61,100 bases of DNA from Bacteroidales bacterium. GTDB lineage: Bacteria > Bacteroidota > Bacteroidia > Bacteroidales > ML635J-15. Below are positions 56,285 through 61,100 of this stretch, in pieces. The stretch covers positions 1 through 61,100 of the forward strand of contig DAONZU010000001.1 of assembly GCA_035406965.1 (NCBI GenBank). The letters run 5' to 3'. Numbering within the stretch: position 1 is the first letter of the stretch; each line of letters starts with the position of its first letter. A program made the position numbers and the translations under genes. The notes under the pieces were generated by a model that made no database searches, was not told where the DNA came from, and saw only the letters and a program-made list of their open reading frames with translations.

Positions 56285-56292
56285 TATATTTG
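56285..56292 (+). promoter_or_regulatory. Candidate -7 box TATATTTG
   Basis: Matches TAnnTTTG and ends 21 nt before the ATG at 56314. Confidence 0.3.
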
Positions 56293-56313
56293 CCAAAATT
56301 TTAAAATAAAGAT

Positions 56314-56814
56314 ATGAAAAAGATTATCATTTTATTTGTAGTATTAGGTGCTACATTGTCAAGTTTTGCTCAAAAAACAAAATGCGGACACGTTGATACA
56401 AATAGTATTTTTGCGAGCATGCCAGAAAGAGAAACTGCTACAAAAACTGTAGAAGAATATGCCATGACTTTAGAAACTCAATTACAAGATTTATCTAAAG
56501 AACTAGAAACAAAATATACCGACTACATGGCAAATAAAGAAACCTACTCACCATCGATAGCTCAAATGAAAGAAGAAGAGATAGTTAATCTTCAACAAAG
56601 AATACAAGCGTTTCAGGTAAGAGCACAAGAAGATTTGCAAAATAAAGAAGCAGAACTTTTAGAACCTATATACACTAGAATTCAAGAAGCTATCAAAACT
56701 GTAGGTGCTGAAAAATCGCTACTCTATGTTTTTGAAATTTCTACACTTTTATATTTTTCAGAAGAAAGTGTTGACATCACTAACGATGTAAAAGCAAAAC
56801 TTGGAATAAAATAA
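56314..56814 (+). CDS. OmpH/Skp family periplasmic chaperone (second copy)
   Basis: Signal peptide, 166 aa, same architecture as the preceding gene. Confidence 0.88.
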   Translation: MKKIIILFVVLGATLSSFAQKTKCGHVDTNSIFASMPERETATKTVEEYAMTLETQLQDLSKELETKYTDYMANKETYSPSIAQMKEEEIVNLQQRIQAFQVRAQEDLQNKEAELLEPIYTRIQEAIKTVGAEKSLLYVFEISTLLYFSEESVDITNDVKAKLGIK

Positions 56815-56830
56815 AAAAAATTGTAATTTT

Positions 56831-56858
56831 AATCCCGAATAAAATCGGGATTTTTTTT
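56831..56858 (+). terminator. Rho-independent terminator
   Basis: AATCCCGA-ataaaa-TCGGGATT followed by a T-run. It ends 3 nt before the murI ATG. Confidence 0.75.
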
Positions 56859-56861
56859 ATA

Positions 56862-57659
56862 ATGAATTTACCTATAGGAGTATTAGATAGCGGTATAGGA
56901 GGACTTACAGTTCTAAAAGCACTTAGTACAAGTTTGCCCAACGAAGATTTTATTTATTATGCAGATAGCAAAAATGCACCTTACGGCACTAAAACAGTTG
57001 ACGAAATTTTTATTTTAGTTGATGAAATAATAAAATTCTTATTAGATAAAAAGTGTAAACTAATTGTAATAGCATGTAACACAGCCACAGCAGCTGTTGT
57101 TGCTGACATGAGAAAAAAATATCAAATCCCAATTGTAGGTTTAGAACCTGCTGTAAAACCTGCTTGCTTAAATACAAAAACTGGTAATATTGGAGTTTTA
57201 GCAACTGAAGGCACTTTTAGAGGACAACTTTTTATTGAAACTAGTAACAAATACAAAAACTATGTAAATATTCATTTACAAGTAGCCAAAGGATTGGTTG
57301 AAGCAGCGGAAAATGGAATTTTTGAAGGTGAAGAAATTGAGAATATCTTAAAAAAATACATTAATCCATTTATAGAACACAACGCCGATTATATAGTTTT
57401 AGGTTGTACCCACTACCCTCTTTTCGCACCTATAATTAAAAAATTAACAAACGATAAAATACAAATAATAGACTCAGCCGAAGCTGTTGCACGAAGAACC
57501 AAAGATTTATTAATGATAAATTCTAATTATAGAAAAGAATTTAAACAACAAAGCATAAAAATATATAGCACAGGAGATAAAAAAACTATCACAAATGTTG
57601 CAAACAAGTTACTAAATGTCGAAAACAATACAGTCTTAGTAGAATATTTTTTTATTTAA
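56862..57659 (+). CDS. murI: Glutamate racemase
   Basis: IGVLDSGIGGLTV, VIACNTATA, VLGCTHYP. Confidence 0.95.
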   Translation: MNLPIGVLDSGIGGLTVLKALSTSLPNEDFIYYADSKNAPYGTKTVDEIFILVDEIIKFLLDKKCKLIVIACNTATAAVVADMRKKYQIPIVGLEPAVKPACLNTKTGNIGVLATEGTFRGQLFIETSNKYKNYVNIHLQVAKGLVEAAENGIFEGEEIENILKKYINPFIEHNADYIVLGCTHYPLFAPIIKKLTNDKIQIIDSAEAVARRTKDLLMINSNYRKEFKQQSIKIYSTGDKKTITNVANKLLNVENNTVLVEYFFI

Positions 57660-57733
57660 CTTGTTTTTCATAACATACATAGGTTTTTTACGTATAAATT
57701 TACATAAATCTTGTTTTTAAATTGCACAGTTTT

Positions 57734-58438
57734 ATGAATTGTATAATTTTAGATGATGATATAGTAACACAAAAACAATTAACAAGTTTTATTCAGAAAT
57801 CTGATTTACTAGAACTTAAAGCTTGTTTTTTTAATCCCAAAGAAGTTCCTGAGTTTATTGATAAAAATCAAATAGATTTAATATTTCTAGATATTGAAAT
57901 GCCTCTTATGAGTGGGCTTGAATTTTTAGGACAAGCAAATTACAACTCATCAGTTATCATAATATCAGGAAATGGGAAATATGCTTTAAACACTTATGAA
58001 TACGAAGTCGCCGACTATCTTGTAAAACCAATAGAATATCCTCGCTTTTTAAAATCTATTTATAAAATTCTTGAAAGAGAACACGATAAAATTAAGTTGG
58101 ACAAAACTGATAGAATATTTATAAAAATTGCTGATAAATATGTAAGAGTAAAATTTTCAGACATAGTATTCATTCAAGAAATCAATGATTGCATAAGTAT
58201 AACGACTAAAAAATGTTATTATATAATAACTTGCAACAAATTTAAAATTGAAAAATTCTTGCAAAACAAGATGTTTTATAAATTAGATGATGAACATACA
58301 ATTAATTTAAAAGAAGTTACTTTTATTTCACACTACAAAGTAGAATTTTTCAATGACTTCTTTTTAGAAGATATAGATATTGATTCAACGACATTAGAAG
58401 ATATAAAAAACAAAATCAAAGAAATAAAAAATGATTAG
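57734..58438 (+). CDS. LytR/AlgR family response regulator (receiver + LytTR DNA-binding domain)
   Basis: MNCIILDDD.., ..DLIFLDIEMPLMSGLEFL.., ..DYLVKP.., then the LytTR region IFIKIADKYVRVKFSDIVFIQE. The ORF-track start at 57722 is TTG, so I use the ATG at 57734. Confidence 0.85.
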   Translation: MNCIILDDDIVTQKQLTSFIQKSDLLELKACFFNPKEVPEFIDKNQIDLIFLDIEMPLMSGLEFLGQANYNSSVIIISGNGKYALNTYEYEVADYLVKPIEYPRFLKSIYKILEREHDKIKLDKTDRIFIKIADKYVRVKFSDIVFIQEINDCISITTKKCYYIITCNKFKIEKFLQNKMFYKLDDEHTINLKEVTFISHYKVEFFNDFFLEDIDIDSTTLEDIKNKIKEIKND

Positions 58439-59615
58439 TAACAGAGAGTTATTTCTCAATTATCTCGGACAAACTTCCCAATCCCCATATTTGTTAGAAA
58501 TAGAGAGTGCGAATGGGATATATTTAATTGGTCCCGACAAAAAAAAGTATATAGATTTAATTTCTGGAGTATCTGTTAGTTGTTTAGGACATAACTTCCC
58601 ACCCATAAAAAAAGCTATAGAAGAGCAAGTGCAAAAGCATTTACATTTAATGGTATATGGAGAGTTTATTCAGTCGCCTCAAGTTAAATTAGCCGAATAT
58701 TTGGTTAAACTTTTACCTCAAGAAATAAATTCAGTTTATTTAGTAAACAGTGGTAGCGAAGCAATTGAAGGAGCGGTAAAGCTAGCAAAAAGATATACAG
58801 GAAGAACTAAAATGTGTTCTTTTGTTAATGCTTATCATGGTAGCTCTCACGCAGCATTAAGTTTATGTGGAAACGAAGATTTTAAAAAATCTTTTCGCCC
58901 ACTATTACCAGAAGTTTATATTTTACGAATTGATAATTACGAAGACTTAAACATTATTGACCAAGACACTGCCTGCGTTGTTATTGAACCCATACAAGCC
59001 GAAGCTGGCATAATTATTCCAGACAAAAAATGGTTTAAAGAATTAGAAACTAAATGCAGACAAAACGGAACTCTTTTAATTATTGACGAAGTTCAAACAG
59101 GATTTGGCAGAACTGGAAAAATGTTTGGATTTCAACATTTTGAAATTACACCAGACATTATTTGTTTTGCAAAAGCTTTAGGAGGGGGAATGCCTATAGG
59201 TGCTTTCGCTGCTCCAAAAAAAATTATGCACAGTTTTACAACAAATCCAATTTTGGGACATATAACTACTTTTGGCGGACATCCTGTGTCGGCAGCAGCA
59301 GCTTTAGCCTTTTTGCAACATTTAACACAATCACACATAATAGAAGAAGTTGAAGATAAAGAAAAACTTTTTAGAGAAAATTTAAAGCATCCAAAAATTA
59401 AAGATATTAGAGGCAAAGGCTTGCTATTAGCAGTTGAAATTGAAAATTTTGATATGGTTTTAAAATTAGTAAAACAAGGTTTGAAAGACGGATTTGTTAC
59501 AGATTGGTTTATTTTTCACGATTCTGCTTTTAGAATTGCACCACCATTAAACATAACAAAAGAAGAAATATTACTAACATCAAAACTAATTATTGAAAGC
59601 TTAAACAAAATTTAA
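58431..59615 (+). CDS. Class III pyridoxal-phosphate-dependent aminotransferase (acetylornithine/ornithine aminotransferase family)
   Basis: VNSGSEAIEGAVKLAKRY, LIIDEVQTGFGRTGKMF, FAKALGGGMPIGAF (PLP Lys). Confidence 0.9.
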   Translation: MISNRELFLNYLGQTSQSPYLLEIESANGIYLIGPDKKKYIDLISGVSVSCLGHNFPPIKKAIEEQVQKHLHLMVYGEFIQSPQVKLAEYLVKLLPQEINSVYLVNSGSEAIEGAVKLAKRYTGRTKMCSFVNAYHGSSHAALSLCGNEDFKKSFRPLLPEVYILRIDNYEDLNIIDQDTACVVIEPIQAEAGIIIPDKKWFKELETKCRQNGTLLIIDEVQTGFGRTGKMFGFQHFEITPDIICFAKALGGGMPIGAFAAPKKIMHSFTTNPILGHITTFGGHPVSAAAALAFLQHLTQSHIIEEVEDKEKLFRENLKHPKIKDIRGKGLLLAVEIENFDMVLKLVKQGLKDGFVTDWFIFHDSAFRIAPPLNITKEEILLTSKLIIESLNKI

Positions 59616-59660
59616 TTCCTTTTTAGAAAATAAAATTGCATATTTGCGTTATTAATATTG

Positions 59661-60560
59661 ATGAAAGTCGTTTTTAAAATATTATTAATTATTAGTTTTT
59701 TTTGCCAGATTAATAATCTGAACGCCAAAGAAATAACTAATACAGGAGAAGATATTGACTATATTGCTGAGCTGTTTATACAAATAGAAAACGAAAAAAC
59801 AGATACTAAAAAAATAGAAATTAATCAACATTTGATTGAATATCTAGAATCTTTTCTAGCTAAATCAGAATCTTTTTCAGCAGATTATAGTAAAATTAAA
59901 AAACTTTCGGTTTTAATGTCTGATGATAAATTATTAAAAATTTACACATGGAATTTAGCTTTTCAAAATGGTAGTTCTAAATACTTCGGATTCTTACAAT
60001 ACAAACCTTCAGGAAAAATCAATTTATTTTTCTTAAATGATAAAAATTATAATTCTGAAAATGATACTGACCCTAGATTATATCAATCTAACACAGAATG
60101 GTATGGAGTCATTTATTATGAGATTGTTACAAAAAAATGGAATTCAAAAACTTACTATACACTTTTAGGCTATGATGCTGCGGATTTTTTAATAAATAGA
60201 AAAGTGGTTGAAACCTTGTATTTTGATAGAAAAGACTTACCTATATTTGGGAAGAAAATGTTCAAAATAAATAGAACTCAAACTGGACGATTGATATTTG
60301 AATATGCAGACAGAGTAACTATGTTATTAAGATATAATAAAAAACAAGATATGATAGTGCTTGACCATTTAGTTCCACCAGAACCAAAATACAACAATAT
60401 GTATCAATTCTATGGACCCGATTTTTCATATGATGCATTAGTATTTAAAGGTGGAAAATGGATATTAGAAACAAACATAGACCCTGATATTGCTATAAAT
60501 TATAAAAAAGACCAAAAAATTAATCATATAAAACGAAAAGGTGCTTCTAAAAATTTTTAA
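59661..60560 (+). CDS. Hypothetical secreted protein (~300 aa)
   Basis: Signal peptide MKVVFKILLIISFFCQINNLNA. No motif recognised. The ORF-track start at 59658 is TTG; an ATG lies at 59661. Confidence 0.6.
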   Translation: MKVVFKILLIISFFCQINNLNAKEITNTGEDIDYIAELFIQIENEKTDTKKIEINQHLIEYLESFLAKSESFSADYSKIKKLSVLMSDDKLLKIYTWNLAFQNGSSKYFGFLQYKPSGKINLFFLNDKNYNSENDTDPRLYQSNTEWYGVIYYEIVTKKWNSKTYYTLLGYDAADFLINRKVVETLYFDRKDLPIFGKKMFKINRTQTGRLIFEYADRVTMLLRYNKKQDMIVLDHLVPPEPKYNNMYQFYGPDFSYDALVFKGGKWILETNIDPDIAINYKKDQKINHIKRKGASKNF

Positions 60561-60572
60561 CCCAACAAAAAA

Positions 60573-61097
60573 ATGAAATCCACAAAACATATAACTTTTT
60601 ACTGCGTTGATAACGACACAGACGACTTAGAATATATTAGAGAAAATTTTAAACCCAATCTAAGTTTTAATTTACTAACTTTTAGTTCTGTGCAAATGTT
60701 TATAAACAAACTAAAATCTGAAGAAAAAAACAAAAATTTTAAAATCGTTTTAATTGATAATATAATAACAAGCAGAGGAATGAATACTCGCACTGCTTTA
60801 GAACTACTGCCACCAATAAAAAGCATAGATAAAGAAATAGAAATAATAATTTTCGCTGACTCAGAAAACATTGAACTTAAAGCAACTAGTAGCAATATAA
60901 AGCCAGCAGCTTTTATCAAAAAAGACTCTCAATTTTTTATTAGGCTCTACCCTATCATTTCGCGACTTATTTCTGAATATAATCTAAAGAAAAAACAAAG
61001 AACAGTAAAATTCACAATAATATTTTTAATAAGCTTAATTGCCTTTGGTTTGACCCCCTATTATTCGGACAATTTATTAACCACAGTGCAAACATAG
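60573..61097 (+). CDS. Stand-alone receiver-like domain protein with C-terminal transmembrane helix
   Basis: FYCVDNDTDD (acidic pocket), KIVLIDNII (candidate phospho-Asp), IIIFADS, AAFIKKD (conserved Lys position). Then the hydrophobic segment FTIIFLISLIAFGL. Confidence 0.5.
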   Translation: MKSTKHITFYCVDNDTDDLEYIRENFKPNLSFNLLTFSSVQMFINKLKSEEKNKNFKIVLIDNIITSRGMNTRTALELLPPIKSIDKEIEIIIFADSENIELKATSSNIKPAAFIKKDSQFFIRLYPIISRLISEYNLKKKQRTVKFTIIFLISLIAFGLTPYYSDNLLTTVQT

Positions 61098-61100
61098 TAA

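Noticed and set aside
60599-60919. 106-aa minus-strand ORF overlapping the receiver-like gene
   Set aside because: The plus-strand frame is longer, follows the upstream gene with a short gap, and shows receiver-like motif spacing. The antisense product is low-complexity.
1-61100. Scan for tRNA, rRNA, tmRNA-like GC-rich structured segments, transposases, integrases, phage genes and CRISPR-Cas
   Set aside because: I recognised none by eye. All GC-rich hairpins found are explained as terminators. A proper tRNAscan/Infernal run is still needed to exclude small RNAs.

Overview
Visibly AT-rich chromosomal segment from a Bacteroidota bacterium with a type IX secretion system (T9SS) and gliding machinery, probably a Flavobacteriia/Cytophagia-like lineage. 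The evidence is PorP/SprF genes, type A and type B T9SS C-terminal sorting domains, SprB repeats, a GldB-like gene, TAnnTTTG -7 promoter boxes, and the conserved uppS-bamA-skp-skp-murI block. I call about 50 CDSs. Most are envelope or housekeeping genes: rplS, wza/wzc/GT4 polysaccharide export, uvrA, engB, hslR, nadE, H+-pyrophosphatase, pdxJ, nadK, uppS, bamA, two skp/ompH, murI. I saw no rRNA, tRNA, CRISPR array, transposase or integrase. Accessory content: (1) two giant adhesins with type B sorting domains, each followed by a PorP/SprF gene, plus a third unpaired PorP/SprF. (2) A 1522-aa T9SS cargo protein carrying a PGRP-type peptidoglycan amidase domain and recent internal duplications. 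(3) A two-gene restriction-modification-like island between uvrA and a POT transporter; its SPPY methyltransferase has a catalytically degenerate staphylococcal-nuclease-like C-terminal domain. (4) The most interesting item: a self-contained 2.6-kb cassette (40838-43374) wedged between nadE and a small lipoprotein gene. It is bracketed by a 48-bp direct repeat that duplicates the lipoprotein gene's 3' end. It carries a consensus Bacteroidetes promoter, a ~500-nt structured leader with a C12 homopolymer tract, a lipoprotein gene with a cysteine-rich tail, a strong internal terminator, and an intact CPBP (CAAX/Abi) intramembrane protease fused to an unknown ~200-aa domain. All family calls rest on motifs read by eye and remembered family signatures. 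No database search was run.
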